Source of the DNA: Chloroflexota bacterium
Lineage (GTDB): Bacteria > Chloroflexota > Dehalococcoidia > Dehalococcoidales > RBG-16-60-22
DNA length: 64,000 nt
Assembly: GCA_018829775.1 (NCBI GenBank)
Contig: JAHJTL010000061.1
Coordinates: 5,280-69,279, forward strand
Direction: 5' to 3'
Translations under genes and position numbers: made by a program
Notes under the pieces: generated by a model
Told to the model about the DNA's origin: nothing
What the model saw: the letters and a program-made list of their open reading frames with translations, nothing else
Database searches by the model: none
In this document: positions 8,224 through 17,276 of the stretch, one piece after another
Numbering within the stretch: position 1 is the stretch's first letter
How the letters are laid out: every line of letters begins with the position of its first letter

Positions 8224-9345
8224 TTAACCTACGCGATAGTGTTCGATGACCTCCTCGTCCAGGTCAACACCCAGTCCGGGCCCCTCCGGCACCTCAACGT
8301 AGCCGTCCACCACCGGCATTTTCTGCCTGGTCAGGTCCCAGCGTATCGGCGTCTCCTCAACGCAGTACTCCATGATGAAGGCGCTCTGCCGGGACGCCAG
8401 GAAGTGCAGGCCGGCGGCAGAGCCGATGTTATTGGTGTAAAAGTGGTTGACCACCTTCACGCCGTGGTCTTCGGCGAAATCGGCTACGCGGCTGGCCTCG
8501 GTCAGGCCCGTGTTCTCCAGGTCTATCTGGATGATGTTGATGCCGCTCCGTTCCATAAAGCTCTGGTGAGAAAATCTGCCCGCCTCGCCTTCGCCGGCGG
8601 CGATGGGGATGGGGGAAACGCTGGTCAGTTTCCGGTAGCCATCGACGTTCTCGCGGTTGAGCGGCTCCTCCAGGAAGAGCACGCCATAGTCCTGGAACTG
8701 TTGAGCTCTTTTGATGGCGGTATTGGCGTCCCAGCAGCAGCCGGCATCGATGATGAGGTCGTTTTTATCTCCCACGCCCCGTCGCCCCCCTTCCACGAGC
8801 TCCAGGTCCAGCTTTTCGCTCTGGCCCATCGGCGTCCAGCCGAACTTCACCGCGGTGAACCCCTCGTCCACCCATCTCTTCCCGATTTCAGCGGTGGTCT
8901 TGCCATCGGGGCCGAATAGAATGCTGGCATAGGCGCGCAGTTTCTTGTGAAAGGCGCCGCCAAGGAGCTGATAGACCGGCTGGTTATAGTACTTGCCGGC
9001 AATGTCCCAGAGGGCGATGTCGATAGCGGCGATGGCGTGGCAGATGATGCCGCGGCGGCCCAGCCTGATATTGCGGGCCTGAAGCAGGTGGTTGATGGGC
9101 TTGATGTCCAGAGGGTTCATGCCGATGATTAACCTGGCCAGTCCGCTGGCACTGGCTCCGCTGAGGGGAGCCTCAATCATGGCTTTCACCACGTGCGGAG
9201 AGGAATAAGAGTCGCCGATGCCGACGATTCCCTCATCGGTGTGGACCTTGACCACCACCGCGTCCTGCGCCGATGTATATTTTGCTTCATGGACTTCTTT
9301 TTCCGGCAGGCGCAGTTCAATGGCTTCGATTTTGGTTATTTTCAT
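8224..9345 (-). CDS. Enolase-superfamily enzyme (mandelate racemase/muconate lactonizing family)
   Basis: MKITKIEAIELRLP...VVVKVHTDEGIVGIGDS capping domain plus a barrel with metal-ligand acidic residues (IIDAGC..., LEEP). The ATG at 9345 is preceded by GGAGGG. Confidence 0.85.
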   Translation of the reverse strand: MKITKIEAIELRLPEKEVHEAKYTSAQDAVVVKVHTDEGIVGIGDSYSSPHVVKAMIEAPLSGASASGLARLIIGMNPLDIKPINHLLQARNIRLGRRGIICHAIAAIDIALWDIAGKYYNQPVYQLLGGAFHKKLRAYASILFGPDGKTTAEIGKRWVDEGFTAVKFGWTPMGQSEKLDLELVEGGRRGVGDKNDLIIDAGCCWDANTAIKRAQQFQDYGVLFLEEPLNRENVDGYRKLTSVSPIPIAAGEGEAGRFSHQSFMERSGINIIQIDLENTGLTEASRVADFAEDHGVKVVNHFYTNNIGSAAGLHFLASRQSAFIMEYCVEETPIRWDLTRQKMPVVDGYVEVPEGPGLGVDLDEEVIEHYRVG

Positions 9346-9429
9346 CCGGGTGACCCTCCTCATTTCGGCTGGTGAGTATTTTATTCCCCTGTATTTTCCT
9401 TGTCAACGTTTCCGGGGCGACCGTGCTAG

Positions 9430-9457
9430 TTGACAATACGGAGAGGGAATCTATAAG
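9430..9457 (+). promoter_or_regulatory. Putative promoter of pfp; predicts a leaderless or near-leaderless mRNA
   Basis: TTGACA (9430-9435), a 16-nt spacer, then TATAAG (9452-9457). Only 8 nt separate the -10 element from the ATG at 9466, and there is no SD in between. Confidence 0.4.
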
Positions 9458-9465
9458 CTATTATC

Positions 9466-10581
9466 ATGGCAACAGAGAAGATCGGCATCCTGACCGGCGG
9501 TGGCGACTGCGCCGGCCTTAATCCAGCGATTAAATGGGTGGTCAAGACCGCCATGGACAAACGGCTGGAATCGGAAAGAGGGGTCCAGTACGAGGTGCTC
9601 GGCATCAGGTACGGCTGGAGCGGTCTCATGTTTGAGGCGGGTGCCAGCCTGAAAATGGAGGACTATATCACTCCTCTGGACGAGCAGAAAGTAAGGACCT
9701 GGGACAGGTATGGCGGCACCATGCTGGGGACGTCCCGGACCAATCCTTACAATCCAGAGAATGACCGGTCACAACTGGTGCTGGATAACATTAAAAAGCT
9801 GGGTCTAAATGCGCTGATCACTATCGGGGGTGACGATACGCTCGGCGTGGCCAATAAGCTGGCGCAGAAAGGTATCAATGTGGTGGGCATTCCCAAGACC
9901 ATTGATAAAGACCTGGTGGAAACGGACTATACTCTCGGCTTTGAAACCGCGGTGAGCGTAATTACGGAGGAAGTTGACCGACTGAGAACCACGGCGGGGT
10001 CGCACCGGAGGATATTTGTGGTGGAAACTATGGGGAGGCATACCGGCTGGCTGGCCCTGGAAGGCGGCGAAGCCTGTGGTGCGTATATCATCTTAATTCC
10101 GGAGTGTGATTTTTCCATTGAAAAAGTGAACGAGCTGCTCCTCGAAGGGAGAAAGTCGGGGACAAGATACGAAATCATCCTCGTTGCCGAGGGAGCTAAG
10201 CCAATCGGTAGCTCTGAATTCATCAGGCAGAACGGCGTGGACGCTTTTGGACATAAAATGCTGGGCGGTATCGGTGAATTTCTGGCCAGAGAAATCAATA
10301 ACGGTACCGGGGTCGAGACGCGGTGCGTGGTACTGAGCCACCTGCAACGCGGCGGTGCCCCCTGCGCGTATGACCGGAGAATGGGGCGGTATTTTGGCAT
10401 TGCTGCGGTTGATTTGATAATGACCGGGGATTTCGGCAGGATGGTATGCTTTAGAAACGGCCAGGTCACCTCCTGCCCGATGGACAGAGTCATAGGTAGG
10501 ACGAGCTACGTGGGCATCGATAAAGATTATGATATAGAGCGGTACAGCGGGCGGCGGACTATTTTCAGGCACAGCAAGTGA
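9466..10581 (+). CDS. pfp: 6-phosphofructokinase, PPi-dependent type by signature residues
   Basis: IGILTGGGDCAGLN. GGDDT has Asp at the E. coli Gly104 position, and GIPKTIDKD has Lys at the Gly124 position. This is the pattern described for PPi-PFKs. Confidence 0.8.
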   Translation: MATEKIGILTGGGDCAGLNPAIKWVVKTAMDKRLESERGVQYEVLGIRYGWSGLMFEAGASLKMEDYITPLDEQKVRTWDRYGGTMLGTSRTNPYNPENDRSQLVLDNIKKLGLNALITIGGDDTLGVANKLAQKGINVVGIPKTIDKDLVETDYTLGFETAVSVITEEVDRLRTTAGSHRRIFVVETMGRHTGWLALEGGEACGAYIILIPECDFSIEKVNELLLEGRKSGTRYEIILVAEGAKPIGSSEFIRQNGVDAFGHKMLGGIGEFLAREINNGTGVETRCVVLSHLQRGGAPCAYDRRMGRYFGIAAVDLIMTGDFGRMVCFRNGQVTSCPMDRVIGRTSYVGIDKDYDIERYSGRRTIFRHSK

Positions 10582-10591
10582 GGTGGGAAAG

Positions 10592-11854
10592 ATGAGTACA
10601 TCGATAACCGGCGATAGAATTGACGGCCTGGTGGAGCAGGCGGTTTTCGGCGATGAGCAGGCCAGGGAGGAAAGTCGACGGCAGATTCGAGAACTGGCGG
10701 CAAGCCAGGGCATTTATCCGGCAAGCATCCAGGGTTTGTATGAGGCTGCCGGGAAGGGAGCTTACCACAACAAGACCGTTCCGGCAATCAATATCCGGGG
10801 CATGACCTATCAGGTGGCCCGGGCTGTTTTCCGCGCCGCGCTGAAACACAAGGTCGGCGCCTTTATCTTTGAGCTCGCTCGCTCCGAGATAGGCTATACC
10901 AGGCAGAGGCCGGCGGAATATGTTGCCTGTGTGCTGGCGGCGGCCATTAAGGAGGGATATCAGGGCCCCGTTTTCATTCAGGGCGACCATTTTCAGATGA
11001 ACCGGAAGAGGTACAGCACCGACCCCAAACAGGAAACAGAGACCATCAGGGAGTTAATACGTGAGGCGGTAAATGCCGGCTTTCTCAATATCGATATCGA
11101 TGCCTCCACCCTGGTTGACCTGGAAAAAGATACTCTGGAACAGCAGCAGGAAGAGAACTGCCGCGTCACTGCGGAGATGACCAGGTTCATCCGCAGTATC
11201 GAGCCGGAGGGGGTTACCATCTCCGTCGGAGGTGAAATCGGGGAGGTTGGCAAACAGAACAGCACGGTGGAGGACCTAAGAGCGTTTATGAGCGGGTATC
11301 GTGCCCGGCTGGAGCCGGACGTCAGGGGAATCTCGAAAATCAGCGTGCAGACCGGCACTACGCACGGGGGGGTAGTCCTGCCGGATGGGGCAATAGCCAG
11401 CGTGGCGCTTGATTTCGATACTTTGAAAGAGCTTTCCAAGGTGGCTCGTGAGGAGTATGGCATGGGTGGTGCCGTGCAGCACGGCGCTTCCACGCTCCCT
11501 GATGAAGCCTTTCATCTGTTCCCGGAGGTAGGTACGGTAGAAGTCCATCTGGCCACCGGATTTCAGAACATCATCTATGATAGTCCCCATTTCCCGCAGG
11601 AACTGACGCAGAGAATAAACCAGCATTTACTCCAGCAGTACAGCGACGAGAGAAAGTCGGACGATACCGAGGAACAATTCCTGTATAAAACGCGTAAGAA
11701 GGCTTTTGGCGATTTCAAGAAAGAAATGTGGAGCCTCCCGGTAGAAAACCTGAAGGAGATTGGGGTAACGCTGGAAGAGCGCTTTGTCTATCTCTTTCAG
11801 AAACTGAATGTGGTGGATACCAGAGACCTGGTCAACAAGCACGTAGTCAAATAA
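10592..11854 (+). CDS. fba: Class II fructose-bisphosphate aldolase family (long form)
   Basis: VFIQGDHFQ, LNIDIDAS, QTGTTHGG and VQHGAS are class II aldolase metal/substrate motifs. The ATG at 10592 is preceded by GAGGTGGG. Confidence 0.8.
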   Translation: MSTSITGDRIDGLVEQAVFGDEQAREESRRQIRELAASQGIYPASIQGLYEAAGKGAYHNKTVPAINIRGMTYQVARAVFRAALKHKVGAFIFELARSEIGYTRQRPAEYVACVLAAAIKEGYQGPVFIQGDHFQMNRKRYSTDPKQETETIRELIREAVNAGFLNIDIDASTLVDLEKDTLEQQQEENCRVTAEMTRFIRSIEPEGVTISVGGEIGEVGKQNSTVEDLRAFMSGYRARLEPDVRGISKISVQTGTTHGGVVLPDGAIASVALDFDTLKELSKVAREEYGMGGAVQHGASTLPDEAFHLFPEVGTVEVHLATGFQNIIYDSPHFPQELTQRINQHLLQQYSDERKSDDTEEQFLYKTRKKAFGDFKKEMWSLPVENLKEIGVTLEERFVYLFQKLNVVDTRDLVNKHVVK

Positions 11855-11890
11855 CCTACAAGTGCGGCGCAGCCTCGACGAAAATATCTT

Positions 11891-12892
11891 TTAAGGGAGC
11901 TCGAGAGAGCCGAGCTTGTCCAGCCGGTCAAAGTTGTGGATAGCGTCAACCCAGCGGATGGTGCCGGAACTGGAGCGCATGGCCAGGGACTGGGTCGCGG
12001 CTCCGCCACTGAAGTACCGTACGCCTTTCAGCAGTTCACCGGTGCTGACTCCTGTGGTGGCGAAAAATACGTCCTCACTGTTTATCAGGTCTTCCGTATA
12101 ATAGACCTTATCAAGGTCCATACCGGCTGCCAGAGCGGCATCCCGCTCCTTATCATCCCGCGGCCAGGCCTTACATTGAATAACACCGCCAATGCAGTGT
12201 AATGCCGCGGCGGTGAGCACGCCCTCGGGGGTACCGCCGACACCCATGAGAACATCCACTCCCGTCTCGGGCAGAGCTGCCTCAACGCCCGCCACCAGGT
12301 CGCCGGCAGATATCAACTTCACCCGTGCCCCGGCGCTTCTGATTTCATAAAGCAGCTTTTCGTGGCGCGGTCTATCCAGGACCACCACCGTCAGGTTCGA
12401 TACATTGCGTTTTTTAGCGCTGGCAATGTTTTTCAGGTTCTCCTCAACCGGCGCATTGATGTCGATTACATCCTTGGCTTCCGGCCCGGTGACGATTTTA
12501 TCCATGTAGACAAACTGCCTCGGACAGTTCATGGTACCCCGTGCCGAAAGCGCCACGGCTGATACGGCTCCAGGAAGACCATTGGCCACCAGTGTGGTGC
12601 CATCTACCGGGTCGACCGCGATGTCCACCTGCGGCTCCGAACCACCACCGATGTGCTCGCCGATGTAGAGCATGGGTGCTTCGTCTTTCTCACCCTCGCC
12701 AATGACCACGGTGCCATCCATTCTTACATAACCCAGCACGAAGCGCATGGCATCCACTGCCGCCTGGTCCACCAGTTCCTTATTGCCCATGCCCAGATAA
12801 CGGGCGGCCGCCATGGCGGCCGCCTCGGTGGCGCGCACCAGCTCCATGGCGATATTCCGTTCAATCGGCCGACGTGAACGTGCATCTTCCAT
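11891..12892 (-). CDS. glpX: Class II fructose-1,6-bisphosphatase
   Basis: ELVRATEAAAMAAARYLGMG, DIAVDPVDGTT and MGVGGTPEGV. Confidence 0.9.
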   Translation of the reverse strand: MEDARSRRPIERNIAMELVRATEAAAMAAARYLGMGNKELVDQAAVDAMRFVLGYVRMDGTVVIGEGEKDEAPMLYIGEHIGGGSEPQVDIAVDPVDGTTLVANGLPGAVSAVALSARGTMNCPRQFVYMDKIVTGPEAKDVIDINAPVEENLKNIASAKKRNVSNLTVVVLDRPRHEKLLYEIRSAGARVKLISAGDLVAGVEAALPETGVDVLMGVGGTPEGVLTAAALHCIGGVIQCKAWPRDDKERDAALAAGMDLDKVYYTEDLINSEDVFFATTGVSTGELLKGVRYFSGGAATQSLAMRSSSGTIRWVDAIHNFDRLDKLGSLELP

Positions 12893-13076
12893 TATCTTAC
12901 CTCATTGACTGATATAATGAGTTCAGCGTACCACCCATTTCCCCTGGCTTTTTATCTTATCGCTTCAACCTTGCACTGTCAACGTTGCGGAAATCAGTAA
13001 GATTTTTGCCGAAAGATTGGATTAAATGCTAAAATAAAGCACAAAACACGAATGCAGGATATGGAGGAATATTGAC

Positions 13077-14072
13077 ATGAAGTACCGAAAACTGGGTAGG
13101 TCTGGTTTGATGGTTTCTGAAATCTGCCTGGGCACCATGACCTTTGGCAATCAGATAGATGAGGCAGAATCCACAAAACTGATAAAGTGGGCGATGGATG
13201 CCGGCATTAACTTCATCGATACTGCTGACCAGTATGTTAATGGTCTGTCCGAGGAAATCGTGGGCAGGGCGTTAAAGGGCGTGCGACATAACGTGGTGCT
13301 GGCCACCAAGGTAGGCGGCTGGCAGTCAGGTCCGACGGTGAATGATATTGGCACATCGCGGAAACATATTATGGACGGCGTAGAGGGCAGCCTGCGTCGA
13401 CTGGGGACCGACTATATCGATATCTTCTATACCCACCGGTGGGACCATGCCACGCCGATTGACGAGACGCTTCGCGCTCTGGACGACCTGGTTCATCAGG
13501 GGAAGGTGCGCTATATCGCTTGCTCCAACTACCTTGTCTGGCAGATCTGCAAAGCATTATGGGTGAGTGATGTCCTCAATCTGGCGCGGTATGACTGCAC
13601 GCAGCCGCCGTACAACCTGATTACCCGGGGCATTGAAGATGAGATGCTGACTCTCTGTGTCAACGAAGGAGTGGGAGTTTGCGTTTACAATCCGCTCGCC
13701 GGTGGACTGCTTACCGGCAAGCATGACCCGAACAAACCTCCGGCTGAAGGCACGCGGTTCAGCAACAAAATGATGGGAAAGATGTACAGCGACCGCTACT
13801 GGCAGCCCGGAGATTTTGAGGCGGTGGCACAATTCAAGGAGATTACCCGGAAACACGAGCGGAGCATGGCGCAGTTCGCCCTCGCCTGGATACTGAACAA
13901 CAAGGCGATTACCGCTGTTCTCTGCGGTGCCACCTCGATAAAGCAGCTGGAGGAAAATATCGGCGCGGTGGAACTGACCCTGACCGAAGAGGAATTAAAC
14001 GCCTGCGACGAGGTCTGGCACCAGCTCAGGCCGCCCCGATTTTTCTACGGGGCGCAGCAGCTCTACCGCTGA
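13077..14072 (+). CDS. Aldo/keto reductase
   Basis: MKYRKLGRSGLMVSEICLGTMTFG, FIDTADQY, and the overall AKR11/13-like layout. Confidence 0.85.
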   Translation: MKYRKLGRSGLMVSEICLGTMTFGNQIDEAESTKLIKWAMDAGINFIDTADQYVNGLSEEIVGRALKGVRHNVVLATKVGGWQSGPTVNDIGTSRKHIMDGVEGSLRRLGTDYIDIFYTHRWDHATPIDETLRALDDLVHQGKVRYIACSNYLVWQICKALWVSDVLNLARYDCTQPPYNLITRGIEDEMLTLCVNEGVGVCVYNPLAGGLLTGKHDPNKPPAEGTRFSNKMMGKMYSDRYWQPGDFEAVAQFKEITRKHERSMAQFALAWILNNKAITAVLCGATSIKQLEENIGAVELTLTEEELNACDEVWHQLRPPRFFYGAQQLYR

Positions 14073-14073
14073 T

Positions 14074-15237
14074 TCAGCTTGCCGTAGGCGGCAAGGCCAC
14101 TGGCTCTGCCGGGATTACTTTCCCATCTTTTATGGCTGTTATTGGCATAACCAGCTTGTCTGCCTTTATGGTCTCTCCTGGCGTATCGATTAATGTCCAG
14201 GCGCCGGATTGGAGTTCCAGTATGGAAACGTCCGCGGCCATGCCCGGCTTAAGGCTGCCTATCTTGTCCTCTTCATGAATTGCGCATGCGGGATTGATAG
14301 TGGTCATGGCAACCGCCTGCTTCAGGTCCAGCCCCAGTGCCATGAATTTCGACATATTGACAGGAATGCTGAAGGTTCGGTCTTTCAGACACCGGTGGTT
14401 GAGGTCGGTGCTGATAATGGTCGGCAATATACCTTCCGCCAGACATTTGCGCGCCACGGCGAAGGAGAAATTGCTCCGTCCGTTGGCCGTCTCCATTATG
14501 ACTCCTCGTTCCCTGGCTGCCTTCAATTCCGGCAATATCGTGCCATCGGGTCGCAGGACATTACCCTGGTTACCGGAATAAACGTGGGCCAGAATGTCAC
14601 CGGGCTCCATCACGGAAAGACATTCCGGAGTCAATGTTGCCGGCACCTGTTTATCCACGTCACCTATATGAACCATAATGGGCAGGCCGAACTGCTTGGC
14701 GATTTTCTTGGCCGTTTTGACCACCTCGATGCCGGCGCTGGCGACGAGCTTGCCGACGAGCCGCAGTTTAACTCCCTTGATGATACCCTTGTTGGCTTCT
14801 ATGGTCTCTGCCATGGCATCGAGGTTCACCTCGTCCCAGTCATTCAGTTCCGGTTCGGGAATCAAGCCAAGAGAGCACAGGTGAAGGAAGCAGAAGACTT
14901 TAGTTTGCGCTGCAGGCAGGATATACTTGGGAAACGCGGCAAACGTTTTCTCACCGGCGCTTCCACCGTCCACCACTGTAGTCACGGCTTGTTTCACTCC
15001 GGCGATATCAGGCTCAATGGCAATCTTCATGATGCTATCGAAAACGTGGACGTGCATATCAATAAGTCCCGGGGTGACAATCTTACCCTTGGCATCTATC
15101 ACCTGCTGGCCTTCCTGCGGGGAAATATCTTTGTCCACGGCGGCAATCTTATCTCCGTTAATGGCTATATCCATCGTGCCATCTATATTCTGTGCCGGGT
15201 CAATCACCCTGCCGCCCTTTATCAATATGTCATACAT
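14074..15237 (-). CDS. Amidohydrolase-superfamily metallohydrolase (dihydroorotase/deacetylase-like)
   Basis: MYDILIKGGRVIDP...PGLIDMHVHV (HxH metal site). The ATG at 15237 is preceded by AAGGAGG. Confidence 0.8.
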   Translation of the reverse strand: MYDILIKGGRVIDPAQNIDGTMDIAINGDKIAAVDKDISPQEGQQVIDAKGKIVTPGLIDMHVHVFDSIMKIAIEPDIAGVKQAVTTVVDGGSAGEKTFAAFPKYILPAAQTKVFCFLHLCSLGLIPEPELNDWDEVNLDAMAETIEANKGIIKGVKLRLVGKLVASAGIEVVKTAKKIAKQFGLPIMVHIGDVDKQVPATLTPECLSVMEPGDILAHVYSGNQGNVLRPDGTILPELKAARERGVIMETANGRSNFSFAVARKCLAEGILPTIISTDLNHRCLKDRTFSIPVNMSKFMALGLDLKQAVAMTTINPACAIHEEDKIGSLKPGMAADVSILELQSGAWTLIDTPGETIKADKLVMPITAIKDGKVIPAEPVALPPTAS

Positions 15238-15277
15238 GGCAGACCTCCTTTCATTTGCCGTATATCTTACCACAACT

Positions 15278-15306
15278 TTCAATCGATTAATATATTTTGT
15301 TATAAT
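15278..15306 (+). promoter_or_regulatory. Putative extended -10 promoter of the SDR/Ldh_2/corrinoid/URO-D operon
   Basis: TTCAAT (15278-15283), a 17-nt spacer, then TGT-TATAAT (15298-15306). Confidence 0.35.
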
Positions 15307-15360
15307 GCGGACGAGCGTTGTCTATTACCCATTATTCTAATTGAATTATTGAGGATGACC

Positions 15361-16152
15361 ATGAATACACAGACATTAAAGGGCAGAATTGCCATAGTTA
15401 CGGGAGCCTCCAGGGGGCTGGGGGAGGGAATCACCAAGGCCTTTGCCGGAGAAGGAGCCACGGTAGCGCTGTTCAGTCGTGATGTACAGCGCCTTGAGAA
15501 ACATGTGGCTGACCTCAAAGCGTTGGGGCAAAAGGCAGTGGCCTTTCCGCTGGATGTTGCCGATGTGGAACAGGTAAACCGGGCGGTGGAGCAGGTGGTC
15601 AGCCAGTTCGGGCGGGTGGATATACTGGTGAACAACGCGGCAATTGCGCCCTCAATGCCCTTTGTGGAGATGTCTGATGATGTCAGGGACAGCGTCATTG
15701 ACGTGAACATCAAAGGTGTCTGGAACTGCACCAAAGCGGTAATGCCGCTCATGATAAAACAACGGTATGGGAAAATAATCAACATATCCTCGGTTACCGG
15801 GCCGCTGGTCTCGGGTAAGGGGATGACGGCCTATGCGGCATCGAAAGGCGCCGTGTCGGCGTTTACCCGGACGCTGGCGCTCGAGGGGGCGGAGTACGGC
15901 ATCAATGTGAACGCCATCTGTCCCGGCTCCTTTGATACGCCGATGTTCCGCAGCGTGGCCAGGCACAGGGGCTGGGATTCAGAGGATAAGTATGTTAAAC
16001 ACGTTGGCAAGGAAATTCCGCTGGGCCGCCTGGGGACGATTGAGGAGATGGGGGACCTGGCGGTTTTTCTCGCTTCGGATAAATCAAAGTATATCACCGG
16101 CATAGAGATTGTCATTGACGGTGGCAATATCATTCAGGAGCACAAGGGGTAA
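15361..16152 (+). CDS. Short-chain dehydrogenase/reductase (FabG-like)
   Basis: TGASRGLG cofactor site, NNAA, and YAASKGA (YxxxK). It is embedded at the 3' end of a long spurious ORF (14209..16152). The ATG at 15361 follows GAGG. Confidence 0.85.
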   Translation: MNTQTLKGRIAIVTGASRGLGEGITKAFAGEGATVALFSRDVQRLEKHVADLKALGQKAVAFPLDVADVEQVNRAVEQVVSQFGRVDILVNNAAIAPSMPFVEMSDDVRDSVIDVNIKGVWNCTKAVMPLMIKQRYGKIINISSVTGPLVSGKGMTAYAASKGAVSAFTRTLALEGAEYGINVNAICPGSFDTPMFRSVARHRGWDSEDKYVKHVGKEIPLGRLGTIEEMGDLAVFLASDKSKYITGIEIVIDGGNIIQEHKG

Positions 16153-16167
16153 TTCAAAGGAGGCGTA

Positions 16168-17262
16168 ATGGCACAGAGTGAAGTAAAGGTATCTGAGAAA
16201 TCTCTTCGTGAGTTCTCCGAGGAGGTATTTGTGCGGGTGGGAATGTCACCAGAGGATGCAGCCACTGAAGCCGATGTGCTGCTCTGGGCAAACCTGCGCG
16301 GGGTCGATTCCCATGGCGTGCTGCGCATTCCCTGGTATGTAGGCAATGTTGACCGCGGCATTATGAACCCCAAGCCAAATATCAAGGTGGTCAAAGAGAC
16401 GCCGGCCACCCTCGTCGTGGAGGCTGACCAGGCCTTCGGGCCGCTAGTTACCGTCTTTGCCATGAATAAAGTGATGGAGAAAGCAAAACAGACCGGTATC
16501 GGCTGGGGGTTCATTTGCAATCACACCCATCAGGGTGCCATGGGCTATTATGCGCAAATGGCATCGAAAAACGATATGGCCGGTATCGTATTCGTCTGCA
16601 GCCCGCCCAATATGGCGCCTTTCGGGGCGAAGGCAGCTGGCGTATCCAACAGCCCGATAACCATCGCCGTGCCGGCGAACAAACACCGCGTGCTGTTCCT
16701 CGATATGGCGACGAGCGTGGCGGCGCGGGGTAAAATCTGGCTGGCGGTGGACAAAGGCGTTCCCATACCGGAAGGCTGGGCGCTGGATAAAGAGGGCAAT
16801 CCCACCACCGACCCCACTCAGGCGGTCACTTTCCTGCCGGTAGGCGGACCAAAGGGCTCCGGCCTGGCGATGCTGTTTGAGTGTATCTCCAGCGTCATTA
16901 TCGGAAACCCGTTGCTTGAGCCGCGGCTCATGGAAAAGAAGGCGGAGTCCAAGCAGGCGGAGGTAAAAGGCGCACATCCGGACCACCTGCCCCGGCCCAT
17001 CCAGAACAGCGTGGTCGCCGCCATAGATATCGGGCAGTTCACCGATGTGGCGAGCTACAAAGAGCATATCGATAACCTCATCGACGGCATAAAGGGGCTG
17101 CCCAAGGCGGATGGATTCAAAGAGATAATGGTCCCGGGTGAGCCGGAGGAAAAAACCTTTGACGACCGCTCCAGGAACGGTATTCCGCTTCCCGAAGGGA
17201 CTATTCGCAACCTGAGCAGCGTTGCCGAGCGGTTGGGCATAAAGCTACCGACGGGACTCTAA
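16168..17262 (+). CDS. Ldh_2-family (malate/L-lactate/sulfolactate/Pip2C-reductase type) oxidoreductase
   Basis: LRGVDSHGVLRIPWYV, ...SNSPITIAVP..., and GGPKGSGLAM are family hallmarks. Confidence 0.85.
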   Translation: MAQSEVKVSEKSLREFSEEVFVRVGMSPEDAATEADVLLWANLRGVDSHGVLRIPWYVGNVDRGIMNPKPNIKVVKETPATLVVEADQAFGPLVTVFAMNKVMEKAKQTGIGWGFICNHTHQGAMGYYAQMASKNDMAGIVFVCSPPNMAPFGAKAAGVSNSPITIAVPANKHRVLFLDMATSVAARGKIWLAVDKGVPIPEGWALDKEGNPTTDPTQAVTFLPVGGPKGSGLAMLFECISSVIIGNPLLEPRLMEKKAESKQAEVKGAHPDHLPRPIQNSVVAAIDIGQFTDVASYKEHIDNLIDGIKGLPKADGFKEIMVPGEPEEKTFDDRSRNGIPLPEGTIRNLSSVAERLGIKLPTGL

Positions 17263-17276
17263 AGGAAAGGGGTGTT

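Noticed and set aside
9401-12986. A shared 10-mer, TGTCAACGTT, in the pfp upstream region (9401-9410) and in the glpX/AKR divergent region (12977-12986). This could be a common operator for glycolytic genes.
   Set aside because: A back-of-envelope estimate says many identical 10-mer pairs are expected by chance, even within the few kb of intergenic DNA here. There are only two copies and no extended dyad symmetry beyond AACGTT.
14209-15354. The very long ORF 14209..16152 (647 aa), and similar long ORFs at 20500..21615, 23876..25009, 8239..8919, 25394..26071 and 57128..58024.
   Set aside because: They lie antisense to, or out of frame with, genes that have strong family motifs (amidohydrolase, trpS, ahcY, the enolase-superfamily gene, metK, the 2-hydroxyacid dehydrogenase). 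Their translations are Arg/Gly/His-rich low-information sequence typical of spurious frames in GC-rich DNA. Only the last 264 codons of 14209..16152 are real (the SDR).
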